Assembly: GCA_029261215.1 (NCBI GenBank)
Contig: JAJDBT010000032.1
Location: forward strand, 4,002-68,001
Source: Nitrospirota bacterium
GTDB lineage: Bacteria; Nitrospirota; Nitrospiria; SBBL01; JAADHI01
Reading direction: 5' to 3'
DNA length: 64,000 nt
Part shown: positions 56,060 through 64,000 of the stretch, piece after piece
Numbering within the stretch: the first letter of the stretch is position 1
Layout: the number at the start of each line of letters is the position of its first letter
Position numbers and translations under genes: made by a program
The notes under the pieces: generated by a model
What the model was told of the DNA's origin: nothing
Seen by the model: only the letters and a program-made list of their open reading frames with translations
The model's database searches: none

Positions 56060-58078
56060 CTATTCGCCTGTGTAGAGGAAACAACTTGTTTCGTGATGGC
56101 CGTCAAACCGGGAAAGAGTCGGGTATTCTTCCCGGCAAACAGGCATCGCTTGAGGACAGCGAGGATGGAAATAACAACCCTTCGGCGGGTTGACCGGAGA
56201 AGGCAGATCACCCTCGATTCGAATAATCTTTCGTTTTTTTTCTGGATCGACCTGAGGAACCGCAGACAATAGCGCTCGTGTATAGGGATGTTTTGGATTA
56301 CCCAAAACGGACTCGACAGACCCGTATTCCACAATCCGGCCGAGATACATGACCGCCACCTCATCGGCAAAGTAGTTTACCACCGAAAGGTCATGTGTAA
56401 TAAAAAGATAAGCTAAACGATATTTCGATTGCAATTGCTTCAAAAGATTGAGCACCTGCGCCTGAACCGAAACATCCAGGGCACTTGTGGGCTCATCACA
56501 AACAATCAATTTCGGCTGCACAGCCAGTACGCGGGCGATGCAAATGCGCTGACGCTGTCCACCCGAAAATTCATGGGGATAGCGGTGTTTGGCATCGGGG
56601 CTCAGACCCACCTGCTCCAGCAGTTGATCAAGCCAGGTCTCACCCTCCCCATGATCAATTTTCAGCGCCTTTACCCCTTCCTTCAAAATATCACCCACCA
56701 ACATACGAGGATTTAATGAAGAATACGGATCTTGAAAAATAATCTGGAAGTCACTTCGCCTTTTGCGCAAGGACTCCCCGGAAAGCGTCGACAAATCGGT
56801 CCCTTCCAAAGACACAGAACCTGCGGTCTGGGAAATCAGCTGTAAAATCGCCTTTCCCACGGTTGTTTTTCCGCAGCCGCTCTCCCCCACAAGCGCAACC
56901 GTTTTGCCTTGTTTGATTGCCAAAGACACGCCATCAACAGCCTTCACATGTCCGACCACCCGTTTAAACAAGCCTTTTTGAATCGGGAAATGGACTTTTA
57001 GGTCTGAAACGCGGAGCAATTCCTGCTGTTCATTTTCTGATACCGACGAGACAGCCTCTCCCTGCGCTGAAACCAAGACCTGCTTGATCAAGGGTTTCGC
57101 CGCCTTTTCCGGATTTTCGGCCAAATGGCAGCGAACACCTCCTGTTTCGAAAGTCGCCCATTGAGGAACCTCTTGCTCACATCGTTCCCACGCACTGTCA
57201 CAGCGGTTGGCAAAACGACACCCTTGAAAAACGCGATTCAAAGCCGGGACTGTCCCCCGAATCATTTCAAGCGCTTCACCGCGTTGTTTGTTTCCTGGAA
57301 GAGAGCTCAGTAATTTTTGAGAATAAGGATGACGTGGGTTTGCAAAAAAGGCGGTACGCTCCGCCGTCTCCACAATCTCACCCGCATACATGACCGCCAC
57401 TTGATCCGCCGTCTCTGCCACAACCCCAAGATCATGTGTAATCAATAAAATGGCCATCCCCCGCTCTTTTTGAAGACGGCGAAGCAAGTCCAGAATTTGC
57501 GCCTGTATCGTCACATCCAGAGCCGTCGTCGGCTCATCGGCAATCAACAAATCCGGCTCGCCCGAAAGGGCCATCGCAATCATCACCCGCTGCTTCATTC
57601 CGCCGGAGATCTGATGCGGATATTCATCGTAACGTTCCTGTGGATCCGGAATGCCGACCAGGGCCAGCAATTCGATGGCGCGGGTTTTAGCGGCCTTCGG
57701 ATCTAACTTGATGTGGTATTCAAGCGTTTCACGAATTTGATCCCCCACGGTAATGACGGGATTCAGGCTGGTCATCGGCTCCTGAAAAATCATCGAAATC
57801 CGATTTCCACGCAGCCCCCGCATCGCCACTTCGGGAAGAGGACACAAATCTTCTCCATCCAGCAAAATTTGACCGGACACAATCCGACCCGCAGGTTGCG
57901 GCACCAGTTTCATAATCGAAAGCGCGGTCATCGATTTTCCGCAGCCCGATTCGCCAACCAGGGCAAAGGTTTTCCCCCGCGGGATGTCAAAGGACACCCC
58001 ATCCACCGCACGAACCACCCCGCCATCTGTGGTAAACCAGGTTTTAAGATCTTTAATCTGTAAGAGGCCTTGACTCAC
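56060..58078 (-). CDS. Fused double ABC ATPase of a peptide/opine-type importer (YejF/GsiA-like)
   Basis: Two complete ABC cassettes are present: Walker A GESGCGKS twice, signatures ISGGMKQRV and FSGGQRQRI, and oligopeptide C-terminal Cys-rich segments. Confidence 0.88.
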   Translation of the reverse strand: MSQGLLQIKDLKTWFTTDGGVVRAVDGVSFDIPRGKTFALVGESGCGKSMTALSIMKLVPQPAGRIVSGQILLDGEDLCPLPEVAMRGLRGNRISMIFQEPMTSLNPVITVGDQIRETLEYHIKLDPKAAKTRAIELLALVGIPDPQERYDEYPHQISGGMKQRVMIAMALSGEPDLLIADEPTTALDVTIQAQILDLLRRLQKERGMAILLITHDLGVVAETADQVAVMYAGEIVETAERTAFFANPRHPYSQKLLSSLPGNKQRGEALEMIRGTVPALNRVFQGCRFANRCDSAWERCEQEVPQWATFETGGVRCHLAENPEKAAKPLIKQVLVSAQGEAVSSVSENEQQELLRVSDLKVHFPIQKGLFKRVVGHVKAVDGVSLAIKQGKTVALVGESGCGKTTVGKAILQLISQTAGSVSLEGTDLSTLSGESLRKRRSDFQIIFQDPYSSLNPRMLVGDILKEGVKALKIDHGEGETWLDQLLEQVGLSPDAKHRYPHEFSGGQRQRICIARVLAVQPKLIVCDEPTSALDVSVQAQVLNLLKQLQSKYRLAYLFITHDLSVVNYFADEVAVMYLGRIVEYGSVESVLGNPKHPYTRALLSAVPQVDPEKKRKIIRIEGDLPSPVNPPKGCYFHPRCPQAMPVCREEYPTLSRFDGHHETSCFLYTGE

Positions 58079-58087
58079 AAAAATCCA

Positions 58088-58510
58088 TTACTTCCCGATA
58101 AAATAAACACCAATCAAACACAGCACAATACCAAGCATTTTAGAAAGACTTAAATCAGAACCAAATAAAAAAACAGAACCGATCGCCACCACGACCGCAC
58201 TTAAACTCGTAATCCCTCCCACGTAACCGGGATTTGGCGCAGAAGCCATCGCCATAAGAGAGAGTTGAAGAATCAGATAGGCCCCCAATGCCGCGATCAC
58301 AATATAGCTCCACTGGGATGAGGGCAGTCGGTATCCCCGGCCTGAAACAAGCTGCTGCGCAACAATAAAAATCAAGACCAACAGGAAGACATTTAAATTA
58401 ATCCTTCCGATATCGAAGCCGCTCTTTGTCATTTTGGCCATCGCCAAAGAATGCATGGCCAAAGAAAGCGCCGCTAGTATTGAAAGAGGAACCCAGGTCA
58501 TCGCTGCCAC
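58088..58510 (-). CDS. Small EamA/DMT-like membrane protein (single-domain, about 4-5 TM)
   Basis: 140-aa hydrophobic protein with a C-terminal GIVLCLIGVYFIGK typical of EamA-domain ends. It is inserted between the permease and ATPase genes. Confidence 0.55.
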   Translation of the reverse strand: MAAMTWVPLSILAALSLAMHSLAMAKMTKSGFDIGRINLNVFLLVLIFIVAQQLVSGRGYRLPSSQWSYIVIAALGAYLILQLSLMAMASAPNPGYVGGITSLSAVVVAIGSVFLFGSDLSLSKMLGIVLCLIGVYFIGK

Positions 58511-58513
58511 CTC

Positions 58514-59932
58514 TTAGCGTCCCCGCAGACGCGGATCAAAAGCATCCCGTACCGCATCGGAGAACACATTGGCCGCCAGGACCAAGACAAACATGAACAC
58601 AAACGCCGCACTCAGTGACCACCACACGACAGGTTCACGCGCAAGCTCCAATCGCGCACTGTTAATCATATTGCCCCATGAAATCATCGCAGGATCCACA
58701 CCCACCCCGACATAGGACAAAACGGCTTCGGCCAACACCAGCCCGCTAAAATCGAGCACAACGGCAATCAACACGAGGTGCATCACATTCGGTAAAATAT
58801 AATGCGTGATAATGCGCTGATTGCCGACTCCCAGGGTTTTTGCCGCCTGAACATATTCCATTTCGCGGAGTTTCAGGGTCTCTCCCCTCAACATTCGGCA
58901 AAGACCGATCCAGCTGGTCATCCCCAAAATCAAACAGAGAAACAGGAGACGGATGTCCGCCCGTTCGGTCACGCTTGCAAAAGCATCGGCATTTTTATCC
59001 ATATAAACTTGCAGAATCAGAACCGACGCCGCAATCAGCAATACCCCCGGAATGGAACTTAGAGTCGTATAGAGGTATTGAATCGCATCATCTACCTTTC
59101 CCCGAAAAAAACCGGCGGAAATACCCAAAAAAATCGCAAAGGGGAGCATCACCAGCGTTGTGAGTGTGCCAATCACCAAACCCGTCCGTATCCCTTTAAG
59201 CGCAAGATACAAGACGTCCTGCCCAACCTTGTCCGTGCCAAAAAGGTGATACTTTACACTTAAAGACGCAGCAATGCCCACCAGAATAAATAACAGGCCC
59301 AGGGTGAACAAAATCGCCCGCCAGGCCGTTTCTGTCTCCCCACGGAAAACCTTCCGAGCCATTTCCCCCGGCGGAGTCTGATGTTTTTGACTGAGAATGA
59401 GAATGACCAAAGCACTAAATAACACAACAATGACAAGCCCAAAAATGGCACGCTCACCTACCAGGAGCAACAAGTCGGGCCCTCGTTCCGTATCCGGGTT
59501 TGTAAGGTGTGCGCCTCCGTACTTTAAACGCGGGTAAACGCGTGTTTTTGTTCCGTCCGGCCCTTCGACCATTTCTTTGTTGAATGCATACGCAGCGAAG
59601 GGTGCGGAATAGGTCCGCTCAACATTGTTCTTGAGACGCTCAAGCACGACATCCAGCAAGGACAGAACTTCGGGATCATATTGCAGTTCCTGACGCGTAT
59701 CAGCCCTCGGGAGCTCTTTTCTAAAATGCACAGAATCCATCAGTCCGATTGAAATATAACACCCAAGCAAAACAAGCGCGGACATGGCAAGAGGCCGACG
59801 ACGGATTTGCCGCCAGGGTGCACATAAATGTTCTTTTCCCGACACATAGAGAAAAAAACCAAGAACCAATACAAGCAAGAGATAGATCAGCCAGTCCGTC
59901 CAAAGCGGCTCAAATTGAAAGGGAAAAGACAT
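58514..59932 (-). CDS. ABC transporter permease (DppC/YejE-like) with a long N-terminal extracytoplasmic extension
   Basis: Binding-protein-dependent transport signature region (EYVQAAKTLGVGNQRIITHYILPN). At 472 aa it is longer than the roughly 300-340 aa usual for this family. Confidence 0.85.
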   Translation of the reverse strand: MSFPFQFEPLWTDWLIYLLLVLVLGFFLYVSGKEHLCAPWRQIRRRPLAMSALVLLGCYISIGLMDSVHFRKELPRADTRQELQYDPEVLSLLDVVLERLKNNVERTYSAPFAAYAFNKEMVEGPDGTKTRVYPRLKYGGAHLTNPDTERGPDLLLLVGERAIFGLVIVVLFSALVILILSQKHQTPPGEMARKVFRGETETAWRAILFTLGLLFILVGIAASLSVKYHLFGTDKVGQDVLYLALKGIRTGLVIGTLTTLVMLPFAIFLGISAGFFRGKVDDAIQYLYTTLSSIPGVLLIAASVLILQVYMDKNADAFASVTERADIRLLFLCLILGMTSWIGLCRMLRGETLKLREMEYVQAAKTLGVGNQRIITHYILPNVMHLVLIAVVLDFSGLVLAEAVLSYVGVGVDPAMISWGNMINSARLELAREPVVWWSLSAAFVFMFVLVLAANVFSDAVRDAFDPRLRGR

Positions 59933-59976
59933 CGTTTAGACCTTCCCTCTGTTTGGATCCAGAACAATAACATCCC

Positions 59977-60951
59977 TCACAGCCGCACCCTCGGATCAAC
60001 CCAGGTATAGGAAATATCCGTAAGAATCAGACCGAAAATGTAGAGGACTGACCCTAAAAACACCATGACACGAACAATGCTGAAATCCTGGCTGTTGATC
60101 GCGTCAATCGTGTAGCTGCCCAGACCGGGGATGCTGAAAAACGATTCTGTAACGAGGCTCCCCATAAACAAAAGCGGAATGACGACCACCACACCCGTTA
60201 AAATAGGAACCAGTGCATTTCGAAGCACGTGTCTAAACAAAACAGTGAGCTCGGACAGTCCCTTGGCCCGCGCCGTGCGCACATAATCTTTCCCGATTTC
60301 TTCCAAAAAAATACTCCGATACCAGCGGGTACCGCTGCCGATACCGCCAACAAGACCCACCAGCACAGGTAAAATCAGAAACTTGATTGCATTCAAACCC
60401 CCGTCATACCCTGAAATCGGCACAAGGCGAAAAAGTTTACTCAAGACAAACTGGCCGCCGATGATGTAAAAAAGCGAAGAAACCGACATCATGCCCACCG
60501 CCACAATAATGCCCCAGGTATCAATGTATGTTGCCCGGAAAAAAGCGATGAGCATCGCGACCGTAATGTTCACAAAAAGACCAACAATCAAACTCGGCAA
60601 TGCAATGGCCAGGCTGGGCCACATGCGCTCACGGATATCTGCGCCAATATTTCGCCCATCGTCTGCAAAGCCAAAATCGAAGGCAAACAGACTGATCGAC
60701 TTTTTGAAAAAAATCGTTTCAGTGATTTTATCGACCCCCTTGGCTGAGGCGTTCCAGGCCACGGGGATATTGTAACCATGATCGGCTTTCCATTTTTCTA
60801 TCGCTTCCGGAGTCACCCGTTTCATGCCCAAATGAAGACGCGCCATATCGTCTGGCGTATTCACCACAAAAAACAAAATGAAGGTTAACAGGTTCACCCC
60901 AATGAGGATCGGAATCGCATACAATACACGGCGGATGATATATGTAATCAC
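59977..60951 (-). CDS. ABC transporter permease (DppB/YejB-like)
   Basis: MITYIIRRVLYAIPILIGV N-terminus and DYVRTARAKGLSELTVLFRHVLRNAL (EAA loop). Confidence 0.88.
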   Translation of the reverse strand: MITYIIRRVLYAIPILIGVNLLTFILFFVVNTPDDMARLHLGMKRVTPEAIEKWKADHGYNIPVAWNASAKGVDKITETIFFKKSISLFAFDFGFADDGRNIGADIRERMWPSLAIALPSLIVGLFVNITVAMLIAFFRATYIDTWGIIVAVGMMSVSSLFYIIGGQFVLSKLFRLVPISGYDGGLNAIKFLILPVLVGLVGGIGSGTRWYRSIFLEEIGKDYVRTARAKGLSELTVLFRHVLRNALVPILTGVVVVIPLLFMGSLVTESFFSIPGLGSYTIDAINSQDFSIVRVMVFLGSVLYIFGLILTDISYTWVDPRVRL

Positions 60952-60954
60952 GGC

Positions 60955-63096
60955 TTAATTCTCCCGCTCTTTTTTACGGTAGGTCATAATTGCGGGCAGC
61001 GTCCCGACAAAAAGCAGTCCGGCAATAACAATCAGAGGCCACACCCGGGGTTTGTTCCAGTCTGCGCGGTTTTTCGTTCGAAGCAGCGGATCGACCTTGG
61101 TATATTTGAGTGTGTTGTTGGCCATTAAATTGGGTTTAATATTTTCGTACCACGCATGGTAGAGACCAAATTGTTTGGGATGAAATCCCGAGACCCAGGG
61201 AGCGTCATATCGAAAAACCTCGGTCATTTCGTTGATGATCTCCTGCCGCTCCGGCCCATTTTCCATGTTTTTCATTGCTTCAAACAAGGTATCAAATCGG
61301 GGGTTGGCGTAGTTAGAAGCGTTTTCCCCATTTTTCCCGGCTTTGGCATTTGGACCATAGAGCAGGAATAAAAAATTTTCAGGATCGGGATAATCGGCAT
61401 TCCAGCCCCACTGAAACATCTGGGCTGTCCCTTTCAGCATTTTATCCTGAAAACGGTTGTAGTCGGTATTTCGGACAACCAGCTGAATTTGCAGTTTTTC
61501 AAACTGCTTTCGCATCCAGTCAAACTGGGCCTTCACTTCCGGCCCGGACCCTGCGGTATCAAAATGAATTACGAGGGGTTTTCCCGTTAAGGCGTCCCGA
61601 CCTTCAGGGTAACCCGCTTCGGTCAGCAAACGACGGGCTTCCTGTATTGTTTTTCGCCTCGCCTGGCCGTTCACGACATCATACACATAAGGATTGATCC
61701 CGGACTCTCCTTCGAGATAACCAAAAATACCGGGCGGTAAAGGGCCCTGCATGGCAATGCCGCGTCCATTCTGAAAAATACCAATAAATTCCTCTTGATC
61801 AATCGCAATCGCAATGGCTTGACGGATTTTACGGGCCGATTCACTTGATCCCCCCACCACGGCATCCAGCATATTAAACGCCATATAATAAGTGGATGCG
61901 GCGGCACTGGTGAGAAGGCGAATGCCTTGTTTGGCCATCTCATCACTTAATGCAGCATCGCCATTCCCCGTGACCCGGACAGCCTGATCAAAACTGTCAG
62001 AGGAAATGCCTGAACTATCGTAATAACCCTGTAAAAACTTATTCCAGACGGGAAGGCTTTCCTTCTCTAAGCTAAAGATCACCTTGTCGATAAAAGGCAG
62101 CGGTTTTCCGGCATCGGCGAGCAGGCCTGCGGCTTCATCTCCCGGCGCGCCTTCTCTCGGGTAAGTCTCCCGATGAAAATGAGGGTTCTTTTCCAAAACC
62201 ATCTGGCGATTGGGATTATTCACGGTGAGCATGTAAGGACCTGTCCCTACGGGAAACCAGTCGAGTGTGATATTTTTTTCCACCAAACCGGCCTGTGCGT
62301 AAAATTGGTCTGCTTCATATGGAACAGGTGCAAAAAAAGGCATCGCCAGCCAATACACAAACTGCGGATATTTCCCTTTTACTTTAATCCGATAGGTATA
62401 CCGATCTACGACTTCGGCCCCCTCGAGCGGAAAATCCCGAAGATCGAGAAACCCCGTTTTTTCTGACACTGCGGATTGGAGCGTTTGGCTTAATTCATGA
62501 AGGCCGACGATATATTCAGACATAAATCCAAAAATCGGGGAATGAATCTTGGGATGCCCAAGCCGTTTGATTTGGTAGACATAATCTTCCGCAATCAGTT
62601 CTCGGGAACCTGTTTCCTTAAAATCACTCAGGGTGTCAATCTGACTGAGCGCTTCCTGGCTCAAATTCAAATAGCGGGGCTTGCCACCGGGGTCTACTGC
62701 AAAAGCCGGATGCGGCTGATATTGAATCCCCGGCACAATCCGGATTTCATATACACTCCAGGCCACAGCTTCTAAAGTATCTTCTTCGCTGAGCACTTCC
62801 CCTTGCGCATTCAGATAAACCGGGTGCGGCACTTCAGTCGTGGTCAGCGGAATAAGGGTATAGGGGCGCTTTAAATAATGGTACTGGAAGGGAGGCTCGT
62901 AAATCTGGCCTGTAAAGATAATCTCGTTCGACGAGTAGGATTGTGCCGGATCAAGGTGTTTCGGTCGGGCGCTAAAAGAACTGTAGAGCACATCCTTTTC
63001 TCCCTCTCCTGCCGGATAAGGATTGTTCAAAGGGGTATTTGAACATGCATTCAGAAATAAAAAAATGAGCCCTAATCTGGCGAAAGACCGATACAC
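60955..63096 (-). CDS. Family-5 extracellular solute-binding lipoprotein (YejA-like) with a C-terminal TM anchor
   Basis: The start is set at GTG 63096 (GGGGAG SD 7 nt upstream), giving the lipoprotein signal (M)YRSFARLGLIFLFLNAC. The body is SBP_bac_5-like. The C-terminus VWPLIVIAGLLFVGTLPAIMTYRKKEREN is a hydrophobic helix followed by a basic tail. The track start at 63201 would overlap secG. Confidence 0.8.
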   Translation of the reverse strand: MYRSFARLGLIFLFLNACSNTPLNNPYPAGEGEKDVLYSSFSARPKHLDPAQSYSSNEIIFTGQIYEPPFQYHYLKRPYTLIPLTTTEVPHPVYLNAQGEVLSEEDTLEAVAWSVYEIRIVPGIQYQPHPAFAVDPGGKPRYLNLSQEALSQIDTLSDFKETGSRELIAEDYVYQIKRLGHPKIHSPIFGFMSEYIVGLHELSQTLQSAVSEKTGFLDLRDFPLEGAEVVDRYTYRIKVKGKYPQFVYWLAMPFFAPVPYEADQFYAQAGLVEKNITLDWFPVGTGPYMLTVNNPNRQMVLEKNPHFHRETYPREGAPGDEAAGLLADAGKPLPFIDKVIFSLEKESLPVWNKFLQGYYDSSGISSDSFDQAVRVTGNGDAALSDEMAKQGIRLLTSAAASTYYMAFNMLDAVVGGSSESARKIRQAIAIAIDQEEFIGIFQNGRGIAMQGPLPPGIFGYLEGESGINPYVYDVVNGQARRKTIQEARRLLTEAGYPEGRDALTGKPLVIHFDTAGSGPEVKAQFDWMRKQFEKLQIQLVVRNTDYNRFQDKMLKGTAQMFQWGWNADYPDPENFLFLLYGPNAKAGKNGENASNYANPRFDTLFEAMKNMENGPERQEIINEMTEVFRYDAPWVSGFHPKQFGLYHAWYENIKPNLMANNTLKYTKVDPLLRTKNRADWNKPRVWPLIVIAGLLFVGTLPAIMTYRKKEREN

Positions 63097-63112
63097 AGAC
63101 GCGCTCCCCTGC

Positions 63113-63448
63113 TTAATCCGAAGTGGCATCCTCAGGGGTTTCAATCGGCGTCGGAACTTCGGTGCTGCCCGTGCTCGTACTTCCTGTATTACTGGGGTCA
63201 ATCACGGAAGAGCCAAGGCTGGCGCCGCCTTTCAGCATCGAAAGGGAAAGTGACGTCATCATAAAGATAATGGCCGCCCCCACAGTCAGCTTACTTAAAA
63301 AGGTTGCCGCTCCGCGACTACCAAAAATAGTCTGACTTGATCCTCCAAAAGCGGCACCCATCTCGGCACCTTTACCCGTCTGAAGCAAGACCACACTAAT
63401 TAAAATCAAACACACAGTCACATGAACTACTAAAATAAAAGTGTACAT
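63113..63448 (-). CDS. secG: Preprotein translocase subunit SecG
   Basis: MYTFILVVHVTVCLILISVVLLQTGKGAEMGAAFGG is the canonical SecG motif (LLQ.GKG...FGG). The ATG at 63448 has an AAGGAG SD. Synteny is tpiA-secG. Confidence 0.88.
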   Translation of the reverse strand: MYTFILVVHVTVCLILISVVLLQTGKGAEMGAAFGGSSQTIFGSRGAATFLSKLTVGAAIIFMMTSLSLSMLKGGASLGSSVIDPSNTGSTSTGSTEVPTPIETPEDATSD

Positions 63449-63473
63449 CCTTCTCCTTAACTTTCTTTTGTGT

Positions 63474-64000
63474 TTATTGTTTTTCTGAAACGCCCAATTC
63501 AATGAGTTTAAAAAATGTTTCCGAGGAGAGACTGGCTCCGCCCACTAATACGCCGTCGATATTGGGCATTTCCATAAATTCCAAAATATTTTGCTCAGAA
63601 ACACTTCCCCCATAGAGTGTCGCGGGAATCCCTTTCCCAACATGCTTGCGAATAAAAGCCTGAATCTGCTGATGAATCTCTTCGACTTCTCCGGGCTTTG
63701 GCGTTTCCCCTGTTCCGATGGCCCAAACCGGCTCATACGCAATCACCCACTCAGCGACATTCTCTGCAAGGCCCATCTTCATTAAATCATCTGTTAATGC
63801 GGCCGACAACTGCGCTTGTAAACGATCCCATGTTTTCCCGGCTCGGCGGTCTTCGAACGTTTCTCCAATACAAAGAATGGGCAGCATCCCCGCTTTTCTT
63901 ACGGCGAAAAGCTTCTGCCGAACTACCTCGTCACTCTCTCCAAAAAGGGTACGGCGTTCCGAGTGCCCGATAATAACGTATTGACACCCACTTTCGCAAA
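63474..64000 (-). CDS. tpiA: Triosephosphate isomerase (5' end beyond the window)
   Basis: The frame is open to the window edge. It reads ..CESGCQYVIIGHSERRTLFGESDE.. (GHSERR motif), AYEPVWAIGTG and YGGSV..N. Confidence 0.92.
   Translation of the reverse strand, partial: CESGCQYVIIGHSERRTLFGESDEVVRQKLFAVRKAGMLPILCIGETFEDRRAGKTWDRLQAQLSAALTDDLMKMGLAENVAEWVIAYEPVWAIGTGETPKPGEVEEIHQQIQAFIRKHVGKGIPATLYGGSVSEQNILEFMEMPNIDGVLVGGASLSSETFFKLIELGVSEKQ

Noticed and set aside
55438-56370. ORF-track entries 55438-55743(+), 55848-56075(+) and 55972-56370(-) in the sigma54/palindrome region
   Set aside because: They overlap the 87-aa gene, the promoter/UAS region or the ABC ATPase gene. Parts of their sequence, such as LNQRFLY, are generated by the inverted repeats. 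None has an SD sequence or a recognisable domain.

Overview
This is a 64-kb chromosomal segment from a diderm (Gram-negative-type) bacterium, about 50% GC by eye. It is densely coding, with roughly 60 protein genes, mostly on the minus strand. Most genes are core functions: a zapB-like gene and zapA followed by a 6S RNA, rarA, xseA, recN, trxA, groES-groEL with a perfect CIRCE operator, and ftsE-ftsX-envC-ctp. Also present are the ffh-rpsP-KH-rimM-trmD-rplS-rnhB-yraN block, mutY, cysE, yacL-like/ispD/ispF, htrA, bioA, secG and tpiA, plus a tightly coupled folate/one-carbon operon (5-FCL, folD, metV, metF, panB, trmFO, xerC). Four regions look accessory. (i) A nitrate-to-ammonium cluster pairs a Tat-less Nas/Nap-type molybdopterin nitrate reductase with a DmsB-DmsC-type FeS/membrane-anchor fusion protein, followed by nirD-nirB. 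Two paralogous terminator-like hairpins sit directly in front of the start codons and are candidates for antitermination control. (ii) An exosortase (XrtA-like, EpsI-fused) and a PrsK-like histidine kinase occur without PrsR, next to a small secreted-nuclease island. That island carries a textbook sigma54 promoter with an IHF site and three TGTTCC-N5-GGAACA enhancer dyads, plus a 119-nt palindromic element. (iii) A c-di-GMP/hybrid-kinase operon. (iv) A YejABEF-like peptide ABC importer with unusual extras. I recognised no rRNA, tRNA, CRISPR array, transposase or prophage genes. All protein calls rest on recognising motifs and families by eye in the supplied translations. No database search, RNA folding or covariance model could be run, and the boundaries of RNA and regulatory sites are approximate. 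Several ORF-track starts were trimmed to downstream starts with better Shine-Dalgarno (SD) or signal-peptide context; the track appears to translate TTG and GTG starts as M.
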